Positions 55,731 through 64,000 of a stretch of 64,000 nt of DNA are shown one piece after another. The first letter of the stretch is position 1, and every line of letters starts with the position of its first letter. The notes beneath the pieces are model-generated. The model searched no databases. It was not told the DNA's origin and saw nothing but the letters and a program-made list of their open reading frames with translations. Origin of the DNA: Candidatus Tenderia sp. (GTDB taxonomy: Bacteria; Pseudomonadota; Gammaproteobacteria; Tenderiales; Tenderiaceae); the NCBI GenBank assembly GCA_031416075.1, contig JANOSY010000014.1, positions 1-64,000 of the forward strand, given 5' to 3'. The position numbers were made by a program, and so were the translations under genes.

Positions 55731-57272
55731 ATGGACTCAATTCAACTTTCGCTGTTTGCCAGTCGTATTGCCGCCGTCTGTGATGAGATGGGGGTAATGT
55801 TGCGTTGCGCCGCACTGTCACCCAATATCAAGGACCGGCTCGATTTTTCATGTGCGGTTTTTGATACAAATGGAGGGTTGTGTGCCCAGGCGGCCCATAT
55901 TCCAGTCCATCTGGGGAGCATGGCCTATGCGATGGCGGGCATTGTGGGACATCTGAACTGGTCGCCTGGGGATATGGTGATTGTCAATGACCCCTTTCTT
56001 GGCGGGACGCACCTGCCTGATGTGACGTTGATTGCACCGGTCTTTGTGGCGCAGCAGCGGGTGGCTTTTGTGGTTAACCGCGCCCATCATGCGGATATTG
56101 GTGCCAGCACACCTGGTTCCATGCCGATCTCCCGCAGCCTCGATGAAGAGGGTGTGATTATTCCGCCAACCCATCTGTTGCGAGGTGGGAGTCTAGATCA
56201 GTCTTTTTTTGAGGGGATTGTGACCACGATGGGGTATGTTGAGCAGAGTCGCGGTGATTTCTCGGCGCAGATCAGCGCCAACCATGTGGGTGTGCAGCGC
56301 CTGCTCACGCTGATCGAGGGTCTGGGTGTGTGTGGGTTTGATGCGGCGTTGGCGCAGCTGAATGGGTACGGTGAGCGGCTTGCGGCCAGCGCGTTGATCC
56401 AGATACCGGACGGTGAATATGCGTTTACTGATCTGATGGATGATGATGGTGTGGGCGGCTTTGATATCCCCCTTCGGGTGTTGTTGACGATACGGCAGGG
56501 GCGGGTCCATGTTGATTTCAGTGGTACCGCCGGGCAGGTGCAAGGCAATATTAACTGTCCACTGTCGGTGGCAGCGGCGGCAGTCTATTATGTTTTTCGC
56601 TGTTTGATGCCGACCCAGACACCCGCCTGTGCGGGCACTTTTCGTGATATCACCCTGAGTGCACCGGAAGGGTCGCTGGTGAATGCGCAGCGCCCAGCGG
56701 CGGTGGCGGCGGGTAATGTTGAGACCAGTAGCCGTATTGTTGATCTGATCATGGGGGCGCTGGCGCGGGCGATCCCTGAGCAGATCCCGGCCGCCAGCCA
56801 TGGCACCATGAATAACGTTGCCATGGGCAGTCGGCGTGGCGCGCGTGCCTGGGACTATTATGAAACCTTGGGCGGTGGCATGGGCGCAGGATCCCAGGGT
56901 GGCGGTTTGAGTGCGGTGCAGACGCATATGACCAATACACTTAATACCCCTGTTGAGAGTCTGGAAATGCACTACCCGTTACGCATTCACCGTTATCAGG
57001 TGCGGCGTGGTTCGGGGGGTGCGGGGTTATACTCTGGCGGTGATGGGCTGATACGTGAGTTTGAGTTTTTGGCACCGACCGTGGTGACCCTGCTGACGGA
57101 GCGCCGTGTGCATGCCCCGTGGGGCTTGGCGGGGGGGCTGTCTGGTCAGGTGGGCATCAACAGATTGAATGGTCAGGTGCTGCCTGGAAAGGTCTGTTTT
57201 GAAGCACAATCGGGCGACAGACTGTCGGTGGCGACACCCGGGGGCGGTGGCTGGGGGGGTGAAACGGGTTGA
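55731..57272 (+). CDS. Hydantoinase B / 5-oxoprolinase subunit
   Basis: SPNIKDRLDFSCA, HIPVHLGSM, NDPFLGGTHLPD, RAHHADIG, GNVETS, THMTNT, TPGGGG. Confidence 0.92.
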   Translation: MDSIQLSLFASRIAAVCDEMGVMLRCAALSPNIKDRLDFSCAVFDTNGGLCAQAAHIPVHLGSMAYAMAGIVGHLNWSPGDMVIVNDPFLGGTHLPDVTLIAPVFVAQQRVAFVVNRAHHADIGASTPGSMPISRSLDEEGVIIPPTHLLRGGSLDQSFFEGIVTTMGYVEQSRGDFSAQISANHVGVQRLLTLIEGLGVCGFDAALAQLNGYGERLAASALIQIPDGEYAFTDLMDDDGVGGFDIPLRVLLTIRQGRVHVDFSGTAGQVQGNINCPLSVAAAAVYYVFRCLMPTQTPACAGTFRDITLSAPEGSLVNAQRPAAVAAGNVETSSRIVDLIMGALARAIPEQIPAASHGTMNNVAMGSRRGARAWDYYETLGGGMGAGSQGGGLSAVQTHMTNTLNTPVESLEMHYPLRIHRYQVRRGSGGAGLYSGGDGLIREFEFLAPTVVTLLTERRVHAPWGLAGGLSGQVGINRLNGQVLPGKVCFEAQSGDRLSVATPGGGGWGGETG

Positions 57273-57371
57273 TGGCAACGGTGTTGGGTGCAGTCATTTT
57301 GATTGGGGTTGATTTCCGAGTATGATGGTCAACTTTATGTTGTGGTTTCATTTGAGTAGAGAGGTGTAGGT

Positions 57372-57686
57372 ATGGATATTCTGGAAAAGATCAAACAGCA
57401 GGTAGAGGGCGCGCCTATTGTGCTGTACATCAAGGGGACCGCACAGTTTCCGATGTGTGGTTTTTCTGCACGGGTGGTACAGGCGTTAAACGCTGTGGAT
57501 GCCAAGTTTGATGCATACAATGTTCTGGAGGATCCTGAGGTCTTTCAGAATCTGCCACGGTACGCCAACTGGCCAACCTTTCCACAGCTCTACATTAAGG
57601 GTGAGCTGATTGGTGGTTGCGATATTACCCTTGAGCTGTTACAGCAGGGTGAGTTGGAGAAGATGGTAAAGGCGGCGCTCGCTTAA
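57372..57686 (+). CDS. grxD: Monothiol glutaredoxin
   Basis: KGT...PMCGFS, WPTFPQL, GGCD. Confidence 0.96.
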   Translation: MDILEKIKQQVEGAPIVLYIKGTAQFPMCGFSARVVQALNAVDAKFDAYNVLEDPEVFQNLPRYANWPTFPQLYIKGELIGGCDITLELLQQGELEKMVKAALA

Positions 57687-57711
57687 GCCTGTTGATCGCA
57701 TGTGATTATTG

Positions 57712-57744
57712 AAAGGCCACCTTGTTTAGCAGGGTGGCCTTTTT
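57712..57744 (+). terminator. Intrinsic terminator after grxD
   Basis: aaaggccacc-ttgtttagcag-ggtggccttt followed by a T run. Confidence 0.8.
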
Positions 57745-58058
57745 GTTGTTGGTGGCAAAGGGCTGCAGATGCTGCCAGGTCAGGGGTTGTCGAGAGACGC
57801 CCGTACATATGAGGGGGGGGTAACATCGCCTACCCTGTTTCATTGTTTGGCAGTGGGGCTGGCAAATTTTTGGCCCTGATGTGAGCACTGTTTTTGATAC
57901 GTGGTAGAAAGGGTGGTCCTCTCTTGCGCCCGAGTGGGGATGGTGTAGCATGGCCCGGGGAGGGTGATTGGCTGGTTATCGTGCCCGCCTGCCGTTATGG
58001 ATGACCCCAAAGAGTGGTTGACGTGACGGTGGGTGTGCGATGTGTGAGGGGAGTTTGT

Positions 58059-59960
58059 ATGCAACATTTAATTAAGTTTATCCCGCTGGTCTCTATTCCA
58101 CTGGTCTTTATTCCGTTGGGCCGCTGGTGTGTGTTTGGTGGTGTGGTGCTGTTTTTGGCGGGGTGCGCTGCTCCCGGCCCGGTGGCGCAACAGGTGGTGG
58201 AACCGCTGCCTGTTGCCGAGGCCACCAAACCGGTTGAAGAGTTAGCGGTGGCCTCCAACCTGGTGGATGCCACGCCTAAACGGCTGGTATTGGCGGCACG
58301 TTACGGTGAGGAGCGGGTGCTTAAATATCTGCTTGACGGTGGCATGGATATCAACAGTAAGGACCCTTACGGTGATACAGCGCTGATTGCGGCGGCAGGC
58401 AATGGCCAAAGCGCCATTGTGGAGCTGCTGCTGGGGCGTGACGCAAAGATCAATCTGACCAACGGCGAGGCACATACCGCGCTGATGAGTGCGGCGGCGC
58501 GTGGCGACTACCAGCTAGTCCATACCTTGATTAAGGCCGGGGCCACCGTTGATATCAAAAACAACCAGGGTGAAACCGCGCTGTTCCTGGCAACCCAGTA
58601 TGGCCATCTGACCACGGTCAAGGTATTGCTGAACGCCGCGGCCAATCCTAATTTGCAGAACACTATTCCGGCCAACAAGGCCAACAGCGGGTTTACGCCA
58701 TTAATGTATGCCGCCACCCATGGGTTGACGCGTGAGCCGGTTGACTGGCCGGGGATTGCCCAGCTGCTGCTGGAGAATGGTGCCAATCCCAATCTCAATA
58801 ATAGCCATGGCGAATCGGCATTGGTGTTTGCAAATAAACGGCAGGATGGCGTGATTGTGGCGATGTTGAAAAAAGCGGGGGCCAAGGATGAACAGGCCTA
58901 CGTAGGGTTGGGGCCTGATGATGCCTTGATCAAGGCTGCCCGTCTGGGGGATGTGGATAAGGGAACGCGGCTGCTGGGCAGTGGTGCCAATGTCAACTAC
59001 GTCGATCGCAATGGTGTGACACCGCTGTTGGCCGCTGCCCATGAAGGGTGGTTATCGATGGTCGAGCAGCTGGTGGTTGCGGGGGCTGAGGTTAATTTTG
59101 TGCCGCTGGGGTTGCGCGAGTTTGCCATGAGCCGTACCTCCGCACCGATGAGTGAGCGCGAGGTGATGGCCGCCGCTTCACGCGGTGATACCGCCCTGAT
59201 TGCAGCGGGTCGAGCGGAACATATCGACGTGGTTGATTATCTGTTGAACCACAATGGCCGGTTTGATGTTGCCAACCGTCAGGGTGAGTTGCTGATGTTT
59301 ATGGCTGCGGGCCGTGGTGACCATCTGTTGGTGAAAAAACTGCTCGCCCATGGCGCGGATGTAAACACCCTTGAGCATGAGGGACGCAGTGGCCAGCAGT
59401 CGCAGATCAAAAGTGCCATGGGGCGCGACAGTGTGTTGATCCAGGCGAGCCAGCAGGGGCACGTGGATGTGGTGCGGCTGCTGGTTGAATCGGGTGCAGA
59501 TCTTAACTATCGTGGTTTTATGGGTAAAAGTGCACTCTATGGTGCGGTTGAGCAGGGGCGTCTGAATGTGGTTGATGTCCTGCTGAGCGCCGGGGCTAAC
59601 GCCAATCAGGCCGCTGCTGCGGGCATTACCCCTATGATGCAGGCCGCTAAAAGTGGCAGCCACCGTTTGATGCAGGCGCTGCTGGACAAGGGGGCCGATG
59701 TCAACGTTATCGAGCGCCCCGAATTGGGGTACGCCCGCGATGGCGGTGGCAGCTTAGGCATGACGGCCTTGATGTTTGCCGCCCGTGGTGGCCATCAGGC
59801 GGCGGTAGAGCTGTTATTGAAGGCGGGTGCCCAGGCGACAGTGACTAATGCAAACGGTAAACGGGCAGTGGATGAGGCCCGCGACAACGGGTATGAGGAT
59901 GTTGTGCAGCTTTTTAATGTTGATAATACGATGACAGCTGCACAGGGCAGTGGTCGATGA
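58059..59960 (+). CDS. Ankyrin-repeat lipoprotein
   Basis: Lipobox FLAGC; more than a dozen G.TAL..AA..G....V..LL..GA.VN repeats; ATG 58059 after gggag. Confidence 0.9.
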   Translation: MQHLIKFIPLVSIPLVFIPLGRWCVFGGVVLFLAGCAAPGPVAQQVVEPLPVAEATKPVEELAVASNLVDATPKRLVLAARYGEERVLKYLLDGGMDINSKDPYGDTALIAAAGNGQSAIVELLLGRDAKINLTNGEAHTALMSAAARGDYQLVHTLIKAGATVDIKNNQGETALFLATQYGHLTTVKVLLNAAANPNLQNTIPANKANSGFTPLMYAATHGLTREPVDWPGIAQLLLENGANPNLNNSHGESALVFANKRQDGVIVAMLKKAGAKDEQAYVGLGPDDALIKAARLGDVDKGTRLLGSGANVNYVDRNGVTPLLAAAHEGWLSMVEQLVVAGAEVNFVPLGLREFAMSRTSAPMSEREVMAAASRGDTALIAAGRAEHIDVVDYLLNHNGRFDVANRQGELLMFMAAGRGDHLLVKKLLAHGADVNTLEHEGRSGQQSQIKSAMGRDSVLIQASQQGHVDVVRLLVESGADLNYRGFMGKSALYGAVEQGRLNVVDVLLSAGANANQAAAAGITPMMQAAKSGSHRLMQALLDKGADVNVIERPELGYARDGGGSLGMTALMFAARGGHQAAVELLLKAGAQATVTNANGKRAVDEARDNGYEDVVQLFNVDNTMTAAQGSGR

Positions 59961-59975
59961 GCAGGTAGGTAGGTC

Positions 59976-60434
59976 ATGATCAAAGGAATACAACAGTTTT
60001 TTAATACCCATATCCAGTCAGTGAGCGGTGGTACGAAACAGGCGGTGCCGGAGCGGGCGCTGCAGTTGGCAACCGCCGCGCTGTTGCTGGAGGTGGCCCG
60101 TGCCGATTTTCACGTTGCGGAAGATGAGCGGCGGGCGATTAACGGTGCGATTCAGCAGATGTTTGAACTCTCCACCGTTGAGACGGCTGAGCTTGTGGCG
60201 CTGGCGGAGGGTGAGATGGAGAATGCCACCTGCCTGTTTGAATTTACGCGCCTGGTGAATGACCACTTTGACCATCAAGAGAAGTTGAGGGTGGTGGAGA
60301 ATCTGTGGCGGGTGGCCCTGGTGGATCTGGATAAAGATAAGTACGAAGAGCATCTGATTCGCCGTGTCTGTGATCTGATCTACGTAACACATCAGGACTT
60401 TGTGCGGCTGCGGGCGCGGGCCAGTGGCGAGTGA
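59976..60434 (+). CDS. TerB-family protein
   Basis: ATAALLLEVARAD, FEFT, LWRVA..D....EEHLIRR. Confidence 0.85.
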   Translation: MIKGIQQFFNTHIQSVSGGTKQAVPERALQLATAALLLEVARADFHVAEDERRAINGAIQQMFELSTVETAELVALAEGEMENATCLFEFTRLVNDHFDHQEKLRVVENLWRVALVDLDKDKYEEHLIRRVCDLIYVTHQDFVRLRARASGE

Positions 60435-60462
60435 CGGTTTTATCTATATAAAAGGCTCTTGC

Positions 60463-61947
60463 TCAGGGGTGGCTGTGGTTGGCGTGAGAGCGCTCCTTAG
60501 CCATCTTCCCCTCCAGCTCTAATACCTCATTTTGCAGCTCTGTGAGTCGGCTGTTCAGCCGTTGCCAGCGGAAGTTGTCCTCTTTGTCGGTTCGATCAAG
60601 TGCGATTTTCAGCTGATCAACAGCGCTGCGGGTATGGCCAATCAGGTAGTAATATTCAGCTATCGCTTGATAGGAGTCGCTTTCACGTCCGTTTGCCATT
60701 TCGGCCTGGGCCAGAAGCTGATAGTAGCTGGGGAGTAGAAAGCGCCCCTGTTGCAGAATGAGCTGCCGCAGCAGCGTCACCGCCTGTTCGGCCCTGTTTA
60801 AACGTAATTCGGTCTCGACCTGCAACAGGGTCAGCAGGGGGTGGTTGGGGTAGAGGTTAAGTGCCTCTGCCAGCCGTGTGTGGGCCTGTTCCAGCATGTT
60901 CTGCTCTAACTCAACCCTGGTTTGTAGTGCGATAAAGAGATCTTTCTCGGGGGCTTTTTTGAGCAGCGCCTGGCTTAACCGTTCGGCCTGTTGCAGATTG
61001 GCGCTATCGAGCTGCCAGAGTGCCTGTTCGTACTGTTGTGCGGTTGAGGGGGGGGTATATGCGTCGAGTATTTTAAGTCGCTCCTGGCGTTCACCATGCA
61101 GTGTCTGTAGCTGGGCCTGGATCAGATAAAAGTCGTCATTCTCCCGTGGTTTGACCGGGGGGAACTGCTCGGCGCGATTGCTGGAGTCGGCAATCCGTGA
61201 GGGGGTGACAGGGTGAGTCCGTAGCAGCTCCGGCAGGTCACTCTGCATATAACGGGTTGACTGTTGCAGCCGGGTGAAAAAGGCGGGCATCTGGCGTGGG
61301 TCGTAACCGGCCTGGGCCAGGGTCTCAATGCCGACCCGGTCTGCCTCACGTTCATGATCGCGGGTGAAGTTGAGCTGTTGCTGGATGCTGCCGGCAGTGG
61401 AGAGGGCTATGGCCGCCTGGGTGACGGCGGGGTTGCCGATGATGATGGCGGCAAGAATGGCGGCGGCGGTCTGCAGATTTCCAGTGGATGCTTTTTGGAA
61501 GGCGCGGGCCAGATGGCGTTGGCTGACATGGGCAATCTCATGGGCCACCACTGCGGCCAGCTCTCCTTCAGATTCGGCGGCTAGTATCAATCCTGTATGA
61601 ATACCAATGTAGCCCCCCGGACCGGCAAAGGCGTTGATGGCGGGGTCACTGACCACAAAAAAGGTGTACGGCTGCTGGCTGTCGGCACTGCCTAGCAGTT
61701 TGTACCCTAATGCATTGATATAGGAGTTGATTTCGGGGGATTCAACAATCTCTGCCTGACTGCGAACATTACGCATAAAGGCCTGACCGAGTCTTTTATC
61801 CTCATCGGCGGACAATATGGTGGCAGAAGTGTCACCCATCTCGGGCAGGTTGAGGTTGCTGTTGGCACTGTTAGCGGCGGTGCTGACAATGAGTGCCAGC
61901 GAGAGCAGAAGTATGGGGAGATTTCGGGTCGTTTTTATGGTTTTCAC
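60463..61947 (-). CDS. bepA: M48-family TPR metalloprotease BepA/YfgC-like
   Basis: LPEMG, INAFAGPGG, AHEIAH, EREAD, LRTHP; TPR C-terminus. Confidence 0.88.
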   Translation of the reverse strand: MKTIKTTRNLPILLLSLALIVSTAANSANSNLNLPEMGDTSATILSADEDKRLGQAFMRNVRSQAEIVESPEINSYINALGYKLLGSADSQQPYTFFVVSDPAINAFAGPGGYIGIHTGLILAAESEGELAAVVAHEIAHVSQRHLARAFQKASTGNLQTAAAILAAIIIGNPAVTQAAIALSTAGSIQQQLNFTRDHEREADRVGIETLAQAGYDPRQMPAFFTRLQQSTRYMQSDLPELLRTHPVTPSRIADSSNRAEQFPPVKPRENDDFYLIQAQLQTLHGERQERLKILDAYTPPSTAQQYEQALWQLDSANLQQAERLSQALLKKAPEKDLFIALQTRVELEQNMLEQAHTRLAEALNLYPNHPLLTLLQVETELRLNRAEQAVTLLRQLILQQGRFLLPSYYQLLAQAEMANGRESDSYQAIAEYYYLIGHTRSAVDQLKIALDRTDKEDNFRWQRLNSRLTELQNEVLELEGKMAKERSHANHSHP

Positions 61948-62049
61948 GGCTGCTCAGACATGGGAGTGAGTAGGGAGTTCCAGCGAGTAATGGTATCATC
62001 GCCACCCCTCTGGTTGGGATTGAAGTAGTCTGGATAAGGGTAATTGAAC

Positions 62050-62280
62050 ATGAGTGACGTTGTAAAAGAGTTAGATACCTCGGGCATGAGTTGTCCCATG
62101 CCCATTCTGCGCTTGAAGCAGACATTGGGCACGATTGAGAGTGGCCAACGCCTGCGGGTGATCGCTACCGATCCCGGTTCGCAGTCCGATTTTGCTGCCT
62201 TTGCGGCACAGACCGGCCACCGTCTGGTGGAGTCTCAGGTTGAGGGTGGCAAGTTTATCTATGTGGTTGAGAAACGGTAA
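62050..62280 (+). CDS. tusA: TusA-family sulfur carrier
   Basis: LDTSGMSCPMP, ATDPGS..DF. Confidence 0.9.
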   Translation: MSDVVKELDTSGMSCPMPILRLKQTLGTIESGQRLRVIATDPGSQSDFAAFAAQTGHRLVESQVEGGKFIYVVEKR

Positions 62281-62747
62281 TGGCGGATAAAAAAATCGCT
62301 ATTATCGCCACCAAAGGCGCTCTGGACTGGGCCTATCCGCCCTTTATCCTGGCCTCAACCGCAGCGGCGCTGGGTTATGACGCCCGTATCTTCTTTACTT
62401 TTTACGGCCTGCAACTGCTGCGTAAGGAGCTGGATCTTCAGGTCACTTCGCTTGGTAATCCTGGCATGCCGATGCCGATTCCCATGCCGGTGATCCTTCA
62501 GGCAATGCCCGGTATGCAGGGCATGATGACCATGATGATGAAAAAAAAGATGAAATCCAAAGGGGTAGCAAGTATCGAACAGCTGCGTGAGATTAGTATG
62601 GAGTGTGGTGTGAAGATGATCGGCTGCCAGATGACGGTTGATCTGTTTGATTTTGCCAAAGAGGATTTTATCGAAGGTGTTGAGTATGCCGGTGCCGCCT
62701 CTTTTCTGGAGTTTGCAGGCAGTGCTGATATCACGCTGTATGTGTGA
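62280..62747 (+). CDS. dsrE2: DsrE2-like sulfur-trafficking protein
   Basis: KGALDWAYPPFILAS, FFTFYG, GNPGMP, CQMT, GAASF; 1-nt overlap with tusA. Confidence 0.85.
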   Translation: MADKKIAIIATKGALDWAYPPFILASTAAALGYDARIFFTFYGLQLLRKELDLQVTSLGNPGMPMPIPMPVILQAMPGMQGMMTMMMKKKMKSKGVASIEQLREISMECGVKMIGCQMTVDLFDFAKEDFIEGVEYAGAASFLEFAGSADITLYV

Positions 62748-62781
62748 TGAGTCTGTTGGTGGCCTTAAGTGTGAGCGCTGG

Positions 62782-62801
62782 ACCCCCGCAAGGGGGTTTT
62801 T
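62782..62801 (+). terminator. Intrinsic terminator after dsrE2
   Basis: accccc-gcaa-gggggt-tttt, GNRA loop. Confidence 0.75.
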
Positions 62802-62807
62802 AAAGGG

Positions 62808-62835
62808 TTGATATATTAGAGATTGCTAATATAAT
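62808..62835 (+). promoter_or_regulatory. Sigma-70 promoter of the RND operon with an overlapping palindromic operator
   Basis: TTGATA-N16-TATAAT; TATATTAG-N6-CTAATATA at 62812-62833. Confidence 0.65.
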
Positions 62836-62881
62836 GATTGACAACATTGGCTGATATCGTATGAAGGCAAGGGGGCTCAGT

Positions 62882-63910
62882 ATGAATAGTGGTTTATATC
62901 GGTGGTGGTTTGGAGTGATTTTGGTCGTAATATCTGCCACGGGCGCTGCCGAGCTGGCATCTGTGACGGTGCAAAAGCAGGCAGTGCCGCAGCAGCGGCT
63001 GTTTGATGGGGTGATTGAGGCGGTCAACCAGTCAACGGTCTCAGCCCAGACCAGTGGTCGTGTCACCGAGATCAACTTTGATGTTGATGATGTTGTGCCC
63101 AAGGGGGCGGTGATCCTGCGCATCCGTGATACCGAACAGCGTTCCCGTTCGCAGCAGTCCCAAGCTGGATTGAACGAGGCCGAGGCGCGTTACAAAGAGG
63201 CCGAGGCGGAGCACAGCCGTATTAAAGAGATCTATGCCCAGCGGTTGGTGGCGAAGTCTGATCTGGACCGCGCCGAGGCTGCCTTCAATGCCGCCAAGGC
63301 GCGGCTGGAGCAGGCCAAGGCGCGAGTAAGAGAGACTCAGGAGCAGCAGGGTTACACTGTGATTCGCGCCCCCTACAGTGGTGTGCTCACCAAACGTTTT
63401 GTTGAGTTGGGTGAGAGTGTTACCGCCGGTCAACCGTTGGTGGCGGGAATGTCACTGGAGCAGCTGCGTGCCGCCGTGAGTGTGCCGCAATCCTTCGTCA
63501 AGGCGATGCGCGCCCACGGCAAGGCGACCGTTGAGCTGCCCGGCGGCGAGCGTGTCAACGCCACCTCCATGCGTATCTTCCCCTACGCCGATGAGAACAG
63601 CCATGCAGTGAATGTCCGCGTCAATCTGCCTGTCGGCGATTTCGGCATTTATCCCGGTATGTTTGTGAAGGTTGGCTTTGTCACTGGCGAGCAAGAGGGG
63701 CTGCTCATTCCGGCGGTGGTGGTGGTCCACCGCAGCGAGCTGACGGCGGTCTATGTCGTCAACAAGGATGGCCGCGTCAGCTTCAGACAGCTGCGCCTGG
63801 GCGAGGTCAGCGGCGACCAGGTCGAGGTGCTGGCCGGTCTGGAGAGTGGCGAAAAGGTGGCGCGCGATCCGATCGCTGCCGGGATTGCACTGAAGCAGCA
63901 GGCCCGCTGA
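62882..63910 (+). CDS. RND efflux periplasmic adaptor (membrane fusion protein)
   Basis: SAQTSGRV, coiled hairpin, IRAPYSG, GESV..GQPL, PGMF, LAGLESGE. Confidence 0.92.
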   Translation: MNSGLYRWWFGVILVVISATGAAELASVTVQKQAVPQQRLFDGVIEAVNQSTVSAQTSGRVTEINFDVDDVVPKGAVILRIRDTEQRSRSQQSQAGLNEAEARYKEAEAEHSRIKEIYAQRLVAKSDLDRAEAAFNAAKARLEQAKARVRETQEQQGYTVIRAPYSGVLTKRFVELGESVTAGQPLVAGMSLEQLRAAVSVPQSFVKAMRAHGKATVELPGGERVNATSMRIFPYADENSHAVNVRVNLPVGDFGIYPGMFVKVGFVTGEQEGLLIPAVVVVHRSELTAVYVVNKDGRVSFRQLRLGEVSGDQVEVLAGLESGEKVARDPIAAGIALKQQAR

Positions 63911-63911
63911 G

Positions 63912-64000
63912 ATGAGTGACGCACGGTTGGGCATCTCTGGCACCATCGCTAAGAAGTTTTTGCGTAGCGAGATCACGCCGCTGCTGGCTCTGGTCGGCAT
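63912..64000 (+). CDS. RND efflux permease, N-terminal fragment
   Basis: MSDARLGISGTIAKKFLRSEITPLLALVG starts 1 nt after the adaptor stop; truncated by the window edge. Confidence 0.75.
   Translation, partial: MSDARLGISGTIAKKFLRSEITPLLALVG

Noticed and set aside
53902-56972. Long antisense ORFs (53902..54621, 56193..56972) and similar ones across the window
   Set aside because: They are shadows of well-supported genes on the opposite strand, with no independent motifs.
57745-58058. Roughly 310-bp intergenic region with a G8 run, as a possible ncRNA or phase-variable promoter
   Set aside because: No recognisable RNA motif or clear promoter spacing around the run; G runs are common on this G/T-skewed strand.
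1-64000. CRISPR arrays, tRNA/rRNA genes, prophage or integrase genes
   Set aside because: No regularly spaced repeats, cloverleaf or rRNA signatures, or phage/integrase ORFs were seen by eye; a tRNAscan/Infernal run would be needed to exclude small RNAs.

Overview
A bacterial window, gammaproteobacterial-like by gene content and probably from a sulfur oxidiser (tusA-dsrE2, cytochrome c4). About 48 kb (3.9-51.8 kb) is a large PEP-CTERM/exosortase A (XrtA) locus with its exopolysaccharide genes. It holds prsT and one PEP-CTERM target gene with a sigma-54 promoter and a TGT-N11-ACA enhancer. It also holds an acyltransferase-ThiF-nitroreductase operon resembling a split oxazolone (OxzAB-type) pathway, with a second divergent acyltransferase. 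The export/xrtA operon (wza-wzc-like) faces an AT-rich, opposite-strand glycan-tailoring block: flippase, glycosyltransferases, a glutaminase-less AsnB-like ligase, a FemAB protein, three GNAT paralogues and a DegT-like enzyme. Next comes an ACP / adenylation enzyme / PLP decarboxylase / two alpha-beta hydrolase module that looks like a carrier-protein assembly line for an aminoacyl unit. The left edge carries the right end of an IS200/IS605-type element and a membrane-fused spermidine-synthase-like gene. The right flank is mostly housekeeping: cytochrome c4, argFD, sodB, hydantoinase B, grxD, an ankyrin lipoprotein, TerB, BepA, tusA-dsrE2 and an RND efflux start. No rRNA, tRNA or CRISPR array was seen. 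All family assignments come from motif recognition by eye; no database search was run.
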